The notes under the pieces were generated by a model, which saw only the letters and a program-made list of their open reading frames with translations, was not told the DNA's origin and did not search any database. The position numbers and the translations under genes are program-made. From Ostreococcus lucimarinus (lineage: Eukaryota), in NCBI GenBank assembly GCA_000092065.1, contig CP000581.1: a DNA stretch of 64,000 bases. One strand, written 5' to 3'. Below are positions 29,463 to 38,672 of this stretch, one piece after another. The stretch's first letter is position 1. Each line of letters opens with the position of its first letter.

Positions 29463-30363
29463 GATGATGACGCGCGGAATCGCGACGCGTCGACCGCCGT
29501 CGCGCGCGAACGCGCTCGCCGCGCGCGCGTCGACGACGCTGCGAGGCGACCGCGCGGTCGGGCGGCGCGGGGGGACGCGCGAAGACGCGCGGCGATGGAC
29601 GCGCGGCGATGGACGCGCGCGACGAGGACGCGCGAGGACGCGAGCGATGCCCGCGGTGAAGGCGCTCGTGCAAGTCGATCTCGGGCCGTCCGTCGTCCTG
29701 GGATCGTCGCTCATGATTAGCGCGATTGCGCTGTACCAGGTGCGGGCGGCGAGGCCGGAGGTGTCGAGGGACAAGGACGTGTTCTTTAGCTCTATAGGAT
29801 TGCTGTGCGGGGGGATTTTGATCTTTCAGGGATGGCGATTGGATCCGTTGATGCTGTTCGGGCAATTACTCACGACTGCCACCGCGGTGGCGTTCGCGAC
29901 GGAGACGATTTCGCTCAGGCAAGAGTTGCTCGACGTCGAGGACGCGGGGGACTCGGGGACGCGCGGGCGACCGGGACGAGGGCAGCGAGGGCGACGATCG
30001 GGACGGGTTCGGTCGTTACCGCCGGTCAATGACCGCAATGTTGAGTCGAGGGTAGATTACGGCGCGCGCAGAGGGTATTCGCGCGAGAATGACGAGGAAT
30101 CAGAAGACGCGTTTTACGCCGCGACGGCGGCGAGCTACGGAAACCGTCGCGCCGCGAGGTCTTCAACCGGCGCGCGCCGCGGCGACGACGGCGATTTCTA
30201 CGACATCGACGCCGACGTAAGCGATAGTTTTGACGGCGAACAGTCCGATGACGACGCGAGTCCGTATCGCGATGGTTTCCGCGCCGCCGCGGGCGACGCG
30301 TCGTCGACGCCGCGGCCCTCGAGCGGCAAGAATTGGGAAAACGACGACTGGGATTTCGTGTAA
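29407..30363 (+). CDS. ycf66: nuclear-encoded Ycf66-family protein
   Basis: 'DLGPSVVLGSSLMISAIALYQVRAARPEVSRDKDVFFSSIGLLCGGILIFQGWRLDPLMLFGQ' matches the conserved Ycf66 N-terminal domain. An upstream in-frame Ala/Arg/Thr-rich stretch is a possible transit peptide. The acidic C-terminal tail is low-complexity. Confidence 0.65.
29438..29470. repeat. (GAC)n microsatellite
   Basis: 'gacgacgacgacgacgacgacgacgatgatgac', within the 5' region of the Ycf66 gene. Confidence 0.85.
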
Positions 30364-30713
30364 ATTACCCGCGGGCGCGTCGACCGCACCTCATCATTTG
30401 TTGTTCACCTTAAATAATCAAGTTTTTCCTCGCGCGCGCGACCGCGACCGACGCCTTCGTGCGACCTCACCCAACCCTGGCGCAGACGCGCGTCGCGCGC
30501 GCGTCCGCGTCATTAGAGGGTCCAAGGTCCGTGTGTTTTTATTTATCACGCAAACACACCGACGCCGTGATCCAAGATCCCGCATTGAATATCACGCGAA
30601 CGCTATCTCTCGCACACCGATACTTTAGATCTCGTCATCCCGACGCCCGGGCGTCCGGATAGCGCACGCGAGCGTCGCGGCGTCAACGCGCGGCGCGCGA
30701 GCCATCGCGTGCG

Positions 30714-32132
30714 ATGGCGACGGCGCCGAGTAAGATTGTGGAGAAGAAAGACTTCCCAGCGGGGCTCGGGGTTTTAGTCGTCGACGATGACTTGTTGTGC
30801 CTGAAAGTCGTGGAGAAGATGCTGAAGGCGTGCAAGTACAAAGGTGCGACCGATGGCGCGCGAGCGTTGCGCCCCGACGTTGAGACGACGCGGCGACGGA
30901 AGACACGGCGACGCGAACGCGAACGCGGCGGCGAACGATGCGAAGGAATACGTTCGATCGTGCGTGGGCGCGCGATGGACGCGCGAACGCTCGCGCGAGG
31001 CGCGCGAGGCGTGCGATTGGGAATCGGGCCCTCATCGGAACTCACCCTGGGACCCAACCCTGGACGAGCTAAGGGTTGACAAATCGGACGGGATATGACA
31101 CGACGAGCGACGCGACGAAACGAACGCGACGACTGACGAAATGATGACGATGCCGTTGAACGCACAGTCACCGCGTGTTCCACCGCCAAGACTGCGCTGG
31201 AGATTCTGCGAACGCGAAAGGAAGAGTTTGACATCGTGCTGAGCGACGTGCACATGCCAGACATGGATGGGTTCAAGCTGTTGGAGATCATTCAGTTTGA
31301 ACTCGCTTTACCCGTTCTCATGATGAGTGCGAACTCGGACTCGAGCGTGGTATTGAGAGGGATCATTCACGGGGCGGTAGACTATTTGTTGAAGCCCGTT
31401 CGAATCGAGGAGTTGCGTAATATTTGGCAACACGTCGTTCGACGCGACTACTCGTCGGCGAAGAGCTCGGGATCGGAAGACGTGGAGGCTTCGTCGCCGA
31501 GCAAGCGTGCGAAAACGTCTGGGTCGAATTCGAAGAGCGAAGAGGTCGATCGGACGGCAAGCGAGATGAGTTCGGGCAAAGCGAGGAAGAAACCGACGGG
31601 TAAGAAGGGAGGCAAGAGCGTCAAGGAAGCGGAAAAGAAGGACGTCGTGGATAACTCGAACTCAAAGAAGCCTCGAGTGGTGTGGAGCGCTGAGCTCCAC
31701 GCGCAGTTCGTGACCGCAGTGAATCAACTTGGAATCGATAAAGCTGTGCCAAAACGTATTTTAGATCTCATGGGGGTTCAAGGTTTGACGAGAGAAAACG
31801 TCGCGAGTCACTTGCAAAAGTATCGACTATACCTCAAGCGTTTGCAAGGAAACGATGCCCGCGGCGGCGGCAACGCCTCTTCGACTGGGGCCCGCTCAAA
31901 GGACGGACAGTTGAGCAATAACGGCTCCAAGATTTCCACGAGCACGTTCTTAGGGGATGATACCATCTTTCACGGCGGCGATTTGAGTCTCCCCGGGGAC
32001 CTTCTCGTTGACGATCCGACGTTCGATCCATCTTTGCTCGCGCCTTTGGATTTAGAAAAGGTGGGCAAAGGCGACGTTCTCGGCGTCGATGCGTCGGACA
32101 ACATGCTGAACTTTTTCTTTGAAGGAGATTAG
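30714..32132 (+). CDS. type-B (GARP/Myb) two-component response regulator, two exons
   Basis: Exon 1 (30714-30843) gives 'VLVVDDD...CKYK'. Exon 2 (31168-32132) gives 'VTACSTAK...SDVHMPDMDGF...DYLLKP' (the D-D-K receiver) and a GARP motif 'VASHLQKYRLYLKRL'. The exons are joined by a GT...AG intron. The ORF track splits this gene into 30714-31079 and 31236-32132, the latter starting at a GTG. Confidence 0.75.
30844..31167 (+). other. spliceosomal intron (324 nt) in the response-regulator gene
   Basis: The donor is 'AAAg|gtgcga' and the acceptor 'gcacag|TCACC'. Joining them restores ...CKYK-VTACSTAK..., which is colinear with plant ARR-B receivers. Confidence 0.7.
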
Positions 32133-32369
32133 ATCACATTCCAGTAAATTATAGCTGCACGCGATGACTGTTTATCGAGCGCACGTCGGCGGTGTTTAGG
32201 TTTTCATACGCCGACGGTTTCAGACGTCATACGCGATTGGTAACGCTCGCGCCGCGCGAGCGTCTCCCCGGTCGCCTTCATTTAGTCCATACAACAATTC
32301 ATCACCACATCTTTAGCACAACGCTTTAATCGATCTATTTCGATTCATTCACTAACTATTTTACGCGCC

Positions 32370-34979
32370 TTGGCGTCGTCCCATCGGACTCGCGCCGTCT
32401 TCGTCCTCGGCGTCTTCGTCCCTCCCCCGGGGGAACGGTGTCGGTCGGCATTCCTCGGCATGCGCGCGTGGGCCGTCGCGCGACGAGGATTCATCGCATC
32501 GCACGCGCGCGTGAGTGTCACCATGACGACGCACGCGATCGCACAATCGCTCGCGCACGCGCGGGACGCGCATCTCACGCCGCGTCATTCGTCGCATCTT
32601 CGACGCGCGCGCGAGTCGTTACGGATGCGAGTGACGATTGGGCGCGGGGCGAATGCGTTCGAGACGCCCAGGACGACGCACGCGCGGACTCGAGCGAGCG
32701 AACGAACGACGACGGCGATGACGTCATCACAATCGCAATCGCCGCCGAGCGCGCACGTGTTGACGGCGTACGCGGTGCGAGGCTCGTCGGGGACGCTGCC
32801 GGCGCTGCGCGTCGTCCCGCTCGAGCTGTCGGACGACGCCGGGAAGGCGTGCGTGCGCGCGCTGTGGAGCGCGGTGCGGTTACTGCGGGAGACGAACACG
32901 GATCGGGGAGGGAAATCGATGACGCCATTTTCAAACGAAGGCGCGTGCGAACTCTTCGCGCAGGCTGGAGTGCGAGACGAGGGGGACGTGCTGCGGTACG
33001 GCGTCGCGCGCACGAACGCGAAGGCGCTCGCGGAGAAGGCGCTCGGGCGGGGATCGACGAGGGAAGTCAAGGAGGGCGCGGCTTTTGATTTAGTGCCAAG
33101 ATCGAATGATTTCGAGTCGCGGGTGGCGTACGGAGAGATCCTTCGCGAAGCGCTGTATGAGCACACGCTGAGTGTGGCAGGCGAGCTCTTCGACGTCTCG
33201 CGTTTGGGACGAAGCGGCGTGTTGCTCACGGCAAAGTTGACGCGTGGGTCATGGGCGTGGACGCCCGTGAGCGATGCCGTGGCGGTTTTAGATCAGTACA
33301 CGATAGATATCGAGATTGGGGCGGAGGATTCGGCGCAGATACTATGCACACTCGGGCACGAGCTGCGGAGTCCGCTGAGCGTTCGTCAAATCTTGGACGA
33401 TCCGTCGTTGATGGATCTCCCGGAGGGTGCCGAAGTCGTCGCGTTGGGCGGACCGCATCTTCAAGGACAACTTTCGTACACAAATATCGGCGGGAAGACG
33501 ATCGGTGAGGCTCGAGAGGAGTTAAAAGGGGAAAGTCTTCTAAGCTATCATCGCGCGCGCTACCCGGCACGGATTGAATTGTTAGCCAACGCGCGCGATG
33601 ACGACGACGCAGTGCAGCTCGTGCAACCGGGGCGACCGCCGAGTGCATACCCAGCCGAGCTTCTTTCACCCGTGATTAAGATGAACATACTCGACGCAAC
33701 CACGCGCGAAGCAGTTTCAGAGACGTGTTCTGGAACGCCAGCGGATTTGCAACGTCGGATCTCAGCCGTTCGATCGATGCTAGGTCAACCGTTTACACCA
33801 CTTTTGCAAGTCGACGAAAAGATGCAAAGGCTCGCCGCGGCGCCACCGCCGGCATCAGCGAACGATGACGTTCGTCGAGGAAGTATGAAAACTGGACCGG
33901 CGGTCATGCCTTCGGCGTCTACGATGACGACGATGGAGAAAGCGCTTCCAACGCTGACTTTACTGCTCGGTGCGTCGACGAAGACGGACGAGACGGCGGC
34001 GACGAATTACATCTCACGGCTCACGGCTGACGTAGAAGCCGCGATGAGAGGGTGGAGCGCGAGAGAAGAAGACATCGATGCGATAAAGGGCGATATCGCA
34101 AACGCGGTGGTGTGCTACTACGACGATAGCTCGCTGAATGCCACACGTTCGGCGTTCATAAAGGTTTTTCGAGAGAATATGTCGTCGTCGTACTTGGTTG
34201 CACTCTCTGAGACGAAGCAATTTGTCGAGGCGGGCGCTCGTCAAGCCGGGTCACGAGTGTCGAATGAGTCCACGGTGAGATGGGCCGCGGATGACTCAGA
34301 CGCGAGACGACTGTGTTTTTCGCTCATCGCTCGACGTGGAGGTCAAGCAACGGTATGCAAAGATCGAATCATCGCCGAAGATGCTCACATCGTTGGCGCC
34401 GGCGTCAAGTCAGGCTTTCCTGTCGTCGACTCGTACGGTCGAGTCATTGCTCGACAATTCGGCGCTCCTTCTGGCGCGACAGTCACTGGTGCGGTGCGCA
34501 CAGCAATTGACCTTAGACTAAAAATGATAGCCATTCACCACGCCGGTGAATCCGACGTCGAGGACGTCAGGGCGGCGATGAATTTAGCGCGCGAAAACAA
34601 CGTGACGATTTCAACCGTCGTCGACGTGGTCGACGCCGACTTCGGTCGTGTTCTCGGTTGGAGCAAACAAGCGGGTGCGGTGACGCAACCTGATCGTGGT
34701 TTCTGGTCGCCTTTAGGTACGGTCGGCGACGACGCCGTCGTCGTCACCACGGGCATGGAGTCCAATCTTGTTCGAGGTGTCTCCAGACCGCTTCGGCTTC
34801 GAATCCGTGCCGGCGACGACGGCATCGAATCGGCGGTGGATCAAATACTCAAGCTCTCCGTCATTGACTGTCACTTCACACCATCGACGAGTTCATTTCG
34901 ATTACCTTTGACGCTGAGGCCGAAGAGCGAGAACAACTTGGAAATCATTCTCGTCGCCGCCGCGACGTCGACGTTGTAA
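32370..34979 (+). CDS. large hypothetical protein with no recognisable family
   Basis: The 869-aa ORF has balanced, coding-like composition after an Arg/Ala/Thr-rich N-terminus. No motif could be assigned. Confidence 0.5.
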   Translation: MASSHRTRAVFVLGVFVPPPGERCRSAFLGMRAWAVARRGFIASHARVSVTMTTHAIAQSLAHARDAHLTPRHSSHLRRARESLRMRVTIGRGANAFETPRTTHARTRASERTTTAMTSSQSQSPPSAHVLTAYAVRGSSGTLPALRVVPLELSDDAGKACVRALWSAVRLLRETNTDRGGKSMTPFSNEGACELFAQAGVRDEGDVLRYGVARTNAKALAEKALGRGSTREVKEGAAFDLVPRSNDFESRVAYGEILREALYEHTLSVAGELFDVSRLGRSGVLLTAKLTRGSWAWTPVSDAVAVLDQYTIDIEIGAEDSAQILCTLGHELRSPLSVRQILDDPSLMDLPEGAEVVALGGPHLQGQLSYTNIGGKTIGEAREELKGESLLSYHRARYPARIELLANARDDDDAVQLVQPGRPPSAYPAELLSPVIKMNILDATTREAVSETCSGTPADLQRRISAVRSMLGQPFTPLLQVDEKMQRLAAAPPPASANDDVRRGSMKTGPAVMPSASTMTTMEKALPTLTLLLGASTKTDETAATNYISRLTADVEAAMRGWSAREEDIDAIKGDIANAVVCYYDDSSLNATRSAFIKVFRENMSSSYLVALSETKQFVEAGARQAGSRVSNESTVRWAADDSDARRLCFSLIARRGGQATVCKDRIIAEDAHIVGAGVKSGFPVVDSYGRVIARQFGAPSGATVTGAVRTAIDLRLKMIAIHHAGESDVEDVRAAMNLARENNVTISTVVDVVDADFGRVLGWSKQAGAVTQPDRGFWSPLGTVGDDAVVVTTGMESNLVRGVSRPLRLRIRAGDDGIESAVDQILKLSVIDCHFTPSTSSFRLPLTLRPKSENNLEIILVAAATSTL

Positions 34980-35034
34980 CAAAACAGCCTCCCTGGATTA
35001 GACCTCATTGCGCGTCCGCGTGCGTCGTCGCGAG

Positions 35035-36012
35035 ATGAACGACGATGTTGCGGGCGTCGCCACAAACGACACACGACATCAGCGTCCACCGAAGATTAAA
35101 TTGCGGCTAAACATTCCCGCGCGCGACGACGATGACGAGAAAGGACGCGCTGGAACGACGAGGAAACGAACGACGACCACGACCACGACCACGACCACGA
35201 CGTCGCGAGAAAACTCCATGAGCATGTCCATGGGAGCGTCCATGTCTTTGGGAGAGCACGGCGACGAACACGGCGACGAAGCGACGCAAGGGATGTCGTT
35301 CCTCTCGCCTCCGACTGGACGCCAAAAAAGGCACACCCACAGCCCGGCGACGACACCGATGTCGGTCGGAACGTCGCCAAGAATATCGTCGAAACGACCA
35401 AGAATGAGTAATGATTGGATTGAGGATGAAGTGCACCCGTCGATGGTCATGGGGACGCCGGGGAGCGGTGGCACGGCAGCGAAGCGATTGACATCGGAGA
35501 TCATGGCGAGCAACTTGTCGCAGCTCTTGAGCGTGTCGCCGATGTCGACAAATAACGATGGTGGTACTGCGTGCGCAGTTGATGAATCATGGACGTCGTC
35601 GAGCGCACCGATGTCATTTGGTGAAACCGTGAAGTCGTCAACGTCGCTGCTGAAGCGCACGCTGTCAGGGACGTACGGAGATACCACGGGCATGTTGATG
35701 CTGACGGCACCCCAGCTCGCCAAGTCACCAACAGAAAGCATGATGGTGAGTCATCACGGCGGCGGTGGTCTGCCTCCGTCATCACCGTCGGATCCTTCGC
35801 CAATTCACGATTTACGGAAAGCCGCACTCATGCGTTCGAGATTACTGAACGTTTCATCCGCTTTGCCGCCGCGAGCGACGCCTTCAAGCACTCGAGGGAA
35901 TCACTTGCAGCGTGGGTTCGTGCATGAACGTCCTCCGATTCACAGTTTAGGCGTTGGTACGGTTGATGTCGGTGACGAGACAGAGAGCGGAGAGAGGAAC
36001 GTAGCTAAGTAG
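35035..36012 (+). CDS. Ser/Thr-rich low-complexity hypothetical protein
   Basis: The ~325-aa ORF is disordered-looking, with poly-T from (acgacc)n. It may be a real nuclear protein or only partly coding. Confidence 0.3.
   Translation: MNDDVAGVATNDTRHQRPPKIKLRLNIPARDDDDEKGRAGTTRKRTTTTTTTTTTTSRENSMSMSMGASMSLGEHGDEHGDEATQGMSFLSPPTGRQKRHTHSPATTPMSVGTSPRISSKRPRMSNDWIEDEVHPSMVMGTPGSGGTAAKRLTSEIMASNLSQLLSVSPMSTNNDGGTACAVDESWTSSSAPMSFGETVKSSTSLLKRTLSGTYGDTTGMLMLTAPQLAKSPTESMMVSHHGGGGLPPSSPSDPSPIHDLRKAALMRSRLLNVSSALPPRATPSSTRGNHLQRGFVHERPPIHSLGVGTVDVGDETESGERNVAK
35168..35202. repeat. (ACGACC)n microsatellite
   Basis: 'cgacgaccacgaccacgaccacgaccacgacg'. Confidence 0.85.
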
Positions 36013-36211
36013 ACATTCATCAATAGATACACTGCATTTAGGGATTCGTTCGAGACTTCTTCACACACACCGTCGGGTAGTGCACCTCCTGAACGCACAA
36101 ACCCGTAACATCGCGAAATCGCGAAATCGCGAGTGGGGCGGACCTCATTTTGTGACTACGGTGTATATACCAGATGAAATGCTTAATAAGCGATCATTTC
36201 GTCGCCAAAAT

Positions 36212-36394
36212 GCTCGATTGGTCTAGTGGTTATGACGTCTGCTTAACATATACCGGCCTCCGCGCCACAATATGGACAAGCACGAGATTGCGATTTACTT
36301 CGCATTCTTACGTTTCTCAAGGAAAGCGCGACGCGAGTCGCGCGCTTCTAGCTTAACGCGCAGAAGGTCTCCGGTTCAATCCCGGAATTGAGTA
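36212..36394 (+). tRNA. tRNA-Val(AAC) gene interrupted by a 110-nt intron at the canonical 37/38 position
   Basis: Exon 1 (36212-36248) has acceptor GCTCGAT, U8, D-arm 'GTC-TAGTGGTTAT-GAC', anticodon stem TCTGC and loop TTAACA. Exon 2 (36359-36394) has the complementary GCAGA stem, variable loop AGGTC, T-arm 'TCCGG-TTCAATC-CCGGA' and acceptor ATTGAGT plus a discriminator A. A-box and B-box consensus are present, and TTTTTT follows. The sequence is similar to eukaryotic tRNA-Val(AAC). Confidence 0.7.
36249..36358 (+). other. tRNA intron (110 nt)
   Basis: It separates the two halves of the anticodon stem. Its 3' end repeats 'CTTAAC' from the anticodon loop. Confidence 0.6.
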
Positions 36395-36395
36395 T

Positions 36396-36401
36396 CTTTT
36401 T
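36396..36401 (+). terminator. Pol III oligo-T terminator
   Basis: 'tttttt' lies immediately downstream of the tRNA 3' end. Confidence 0.7.
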
Positions 36402-36488
36402 TGCCCATCATTTTACAACCTTTTATTTATTTCGACTCACTGCACCCCATACCGGCGGGGACGACAACGCCCGCTCCAGGCGTTTTTC

Positions 36489-37232
36489 TTGGGTGAACGC
36501 CGACGGTCGCGCGACACACACGGCGACGCGCGTGACATGTGTACCAACGGCGACGCGATGACGACGAACGATGTGATCGCGATTCAACGTCGTCGATCCG
36601 ACGACGACGCGCCGAAGACACCGCCGAAAACGCCAAGTTCTTCCGATAATCTTTTGCACGTCTTGGCGGGCTGGACGACGATAACGCCCGCGCCACTGGG
36701 CGACGACGCCGAGAAAGAAGACCAAAAAGACGATGACGACGACGACGACGACGCGCTTTCTCGGTGTACCACCACCAATCGGCGACTCGATCGAGATTTT
36801 GGTCGTCACGCCGAGCCCATCGACGACGGCGCGCTGACGACGCCGACGGCGCCGCCGCCACCGACGGAGCCGTTCCCAGCAAAAGGACGAGCGCTGCTGA
36901 ACACGCTTCTGCCGAATTTAAAGACATCGCCGTCAGAGTCACCATCGCCATCGTCTTCATCCTTAGCTCGAATCGAAGCTTTGCTGCAGGCGTTGGTCAA
37001 ACGCGTGGAAACGGTCGAAAGCAAGCTCGATGAGGTGCTTTCGAGATGTGACGAGCGGCAAAAACATGATGACAACGCGCTCGACGATGCGTGCGATGAT
37101 GATGACGATAATCATTTCCACACACCCAAGTCTGAACCGCGATCTATTTCGATAGCGTCGTCGCCGTGTCTCGTCAGAGCGTCGCCGTCGCCGTCCATCG
37201 TCAACGCCTTCGCGGAGCTCTACGTCTCGTGA
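36489..37232 (+). CDS. acidic coiled-coil hypothetical protein
   Basis: The 247-aa ORF has poly-Asp tracts and a predicted coiled coil 'LARIEALLQALVKRVETVESKLDEVL'. No family is assigned. Confidence 0.3.
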   Translation: MGERRRSRDTHGDARDMCTNGDAMTTNDVIAIQRRRSDDDAPKTPPKTPSSSDNLLHVLAGWTTITPAPLGDDAEKEDQKDDDDDDDDALSRCTTTNRRLDRDFGRHAEPIDDGALTTPTAPPPPTEPFPAKGRALLNTLLPNLKTSPSESPSPSSSSLARIEALLQALVKRVETVESKLDEVLSRCDERQKHDDNALDDACDDDDDNHFHTPKSEPRSISIASSPCLVRASPSPSIVNAFAELYVS

Positions 37233-37296
37233 TGCGCGCGCGATGCCGGCGTTGTACCATACTAGTAGTGTCTCGTACAATATTATATTAAATCGA

Positions 37297-37695
37297 CTAA
37301 AATATCGGTTCAGCCTCGAACCCTCCCTCCACCACGGTCTCCACGAGCGCCGGGAGCTTGGTGACGCCGTCCACCACGCTCTCGCAATCGATCGACACGC
37401 GCACAATCTTCGTCGCCAAATCGACGTCCACCGCCGTCACCTTGACCCCTTTATCGTTGTTCATCAGTTTCGTCGTCACGCTCTCCACGCACCCGTCGCA
37501 CATCATCCCCTCAACCTTCAGCTCCACCACCACGGGCTCGCTCGACGCCGACGCCGCGACCGACGCGGGCGTCGCTCTCGGCGTCGCGGCTTTGCGCGGC
37601 GACCGCGTCGCGCGACGCTTGGACGCGGCGGGCGTCGAGGGCGTCGAGGGCGTCGACGTCGACGTCGACGTCGACGTCGCCTTCGAACACGACAT
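37297..37695 (-). CDS. heavy-metal-associated (HMA) copper chaperone, probably organellar
   Basis: 'VVELKVEGMMCDGCVESVTTKL...' is an ATX1/CCH-type MxCxxC βαββαβ domain. An (ST)n/Ala/Arg-rich N-terminus is present. The start is trimmed to 'MSCSK' (the ORF track starts at 37998). Confidence 0.7.
   Translation of the reverse strand: MSCSKATSTSTSTSTPSTPSTPAASKRRATRSPRKAATPRATPASVAASASSEPVVVELKVEGMMCDGCVESVTTKLMNNDKGVKVTAVDVDLATKIVRVSIDCESVVDGVTKLPALVETVVEGGFEAEPIF
37632..37680. repeat. (GGCGTCGAG)2 + (GTCGAC)4.5 palindromic hexamer repeat
   Basis: 'ggcgtcgagggcgtcgagggcgtcgacgtcgacgtcgacgtcgacgtcg'. On the minus strand it encodes (ST)n in the chaperone transit region. Confidence 0.85.
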
Positions 37696-37840
37696 CGCGC
37701 CGGTTCGCGGTGTGACGCCGCGACGGATAAAATCCGTCGCGCGCGCGGCGATCGCCCGATCGTTCCTCCGAGAAACGAATCGGCCAAATGCGAGAATCGT
37801 CACACGCGAACGCGTCCGACGACACCGATCGCGCGCATCG

Positions 37841-38536
37841 ATGAATACGAAACGCGCGTCGCGCACGATCGTCTGCCTCGTCCTCGGCATCTTTCTCGAC
37901 GCCCTCGGCGGTGCGCGCGCGCAGGCGACGCGCGCGCGCCAGAGAGCGCCCGAGACGGCGTGCGCGCCAATCGCCCCCGTGCAGCCGTTCAACCTCACCG
38001 AGTACGTCGATCGAGAGTGGTACGTGGTGGCACAAAAACCGACGTCGTACCAGCCGCGTCGCGATCTGTTTTGCGTGCGAGCGAATTACACGCTCGTGGA
38101 TGCGCAGACGATTTCAATTTGGAACACGGCGAGGAGAGACGGCGTCTCGGGACGCGATAGAAATGCCCGAGGGTTGTTTAAGCTCCGAGGAATCGTGGAA
38201 GACGTCGAAACTCCATCAAAACTCGTCGTTGGTTTGAACTTTTTACCATCGTTCACCTATGGTCCGTACTGGGTCGTCGCCACGGACACAACACCGGAAT
38301 CGGACGAGTTTGCGGAGCGCGGCTACTCGTGGGCCATCATTAGCGGCGGGCCGCTGACGACACCGAGAGGCGATGAAGGGTTGTGTGAGCCATCCGGCGG
38401 ACTTTGGTTGTTCGTGCGCGATCCGCTCGTTTCCAAAAATGTTGTGGATCAGATAAAAGCGACCGCTCGAGAGCTCGGGATCGACACAAGCGTACTTTTA
38501 CCAGTCGACCAAGAAGGGTGCACGTATCCGCGTTGA
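37841..38536 (+). CDS. lipocalin (TIL/CHL/ApoD-like) with a signal peptide
   Basis: SCR1 'PFNLTEYVDREWYVVAQKP' matches the lipocalin motif (FDL.RYMG.WYEIA). SCR2 'YWVVATDTTPESDEFAERGYSWAI' is present. The N-terminal signal is 'MNTKRASRTIVCLVLGIFLDALGGARA'. The start is trimmed from 37358. Confidence 0.75.
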   Translation: MNTKRASRTIVCLVLGIFLDALGGARAQATRARQRAPETACAPIAPVQPFNLTEYVDREWYVVAQKPTSYQPRRDLFCVRANYTLVDAQTISIWNTARRDGVSGRDRNARGLFKLRGIVEDVETPSKLVVGLNFLPSFTYGPYWVVATDTTPESDEFAERGYSWAIISGGPLTTPRGDEGLCEPSGGLWLFVRDPLVSKNVVDQIKATARELGIDTSVLLPVDQEGCTYPR

Positions 38537-38672
38537 CGAACACGGTCAGTCTAGCATCCACACAAGCATCATGAAGAGAAAAGGGCGATACGCTGATGAT
38601 TTTTCACTATCAGACCGATTTTTGATTCATTCTTTTAGTACTACTACTACATTCTTTTCAACTTTGCTACTG

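Noticed and set aside
28748-29774. ORFs 28748-29440(+), 28941-29774(-) and 29271-29720(+) with poly-D/R/S/T
   Set aside because: They are read through (GAC)n, (GTC)n and (CGCCTT)n microsatellites and the WD40 gene N-terminus. They are artefacts.
29269-29865. N-terminal 199 codons of ORF 25861-29865
   Set aside because: It is Arg/His-rich nonsense. The start is trimmed to 29268.
30844-31167. Treating 30714-31079 and 31236-32132 as two genes, and the intron region as coding (ORFs 30844-31098, 30625-31035)
   Set aside because: The receiver domain is only complete when exons 30714-30843 and 31168-32132 are joined. 31236 is a GTG, not an ATG.
35079-35741. 220-aa minus-strand ORF and 35107-35436
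   Set aside because: It is antisense to the Ser/Thr-rich gene with repeat-derived composition.
36174-36356. 60-aa ORF over the tRNA locus
   Set aside because: It overlaps the tRNA-Val exons and intron. It is not coding.
36423-36960. Minus-strand ORFs 36427-36960 and 36423-36809
   Set aside because: They are antisense to ORF 36489-37232 and R-rich.
37358-37840. N-terminal 161 codons of ORF 37358-38536 and ORF 37511-38035
   Set aside because: It reads through the copper-chaperone gene on the opposite strand and the (GTCGAC)n repeat. The lipocalin starts at the ATG at 37841, which has a signal peptide.
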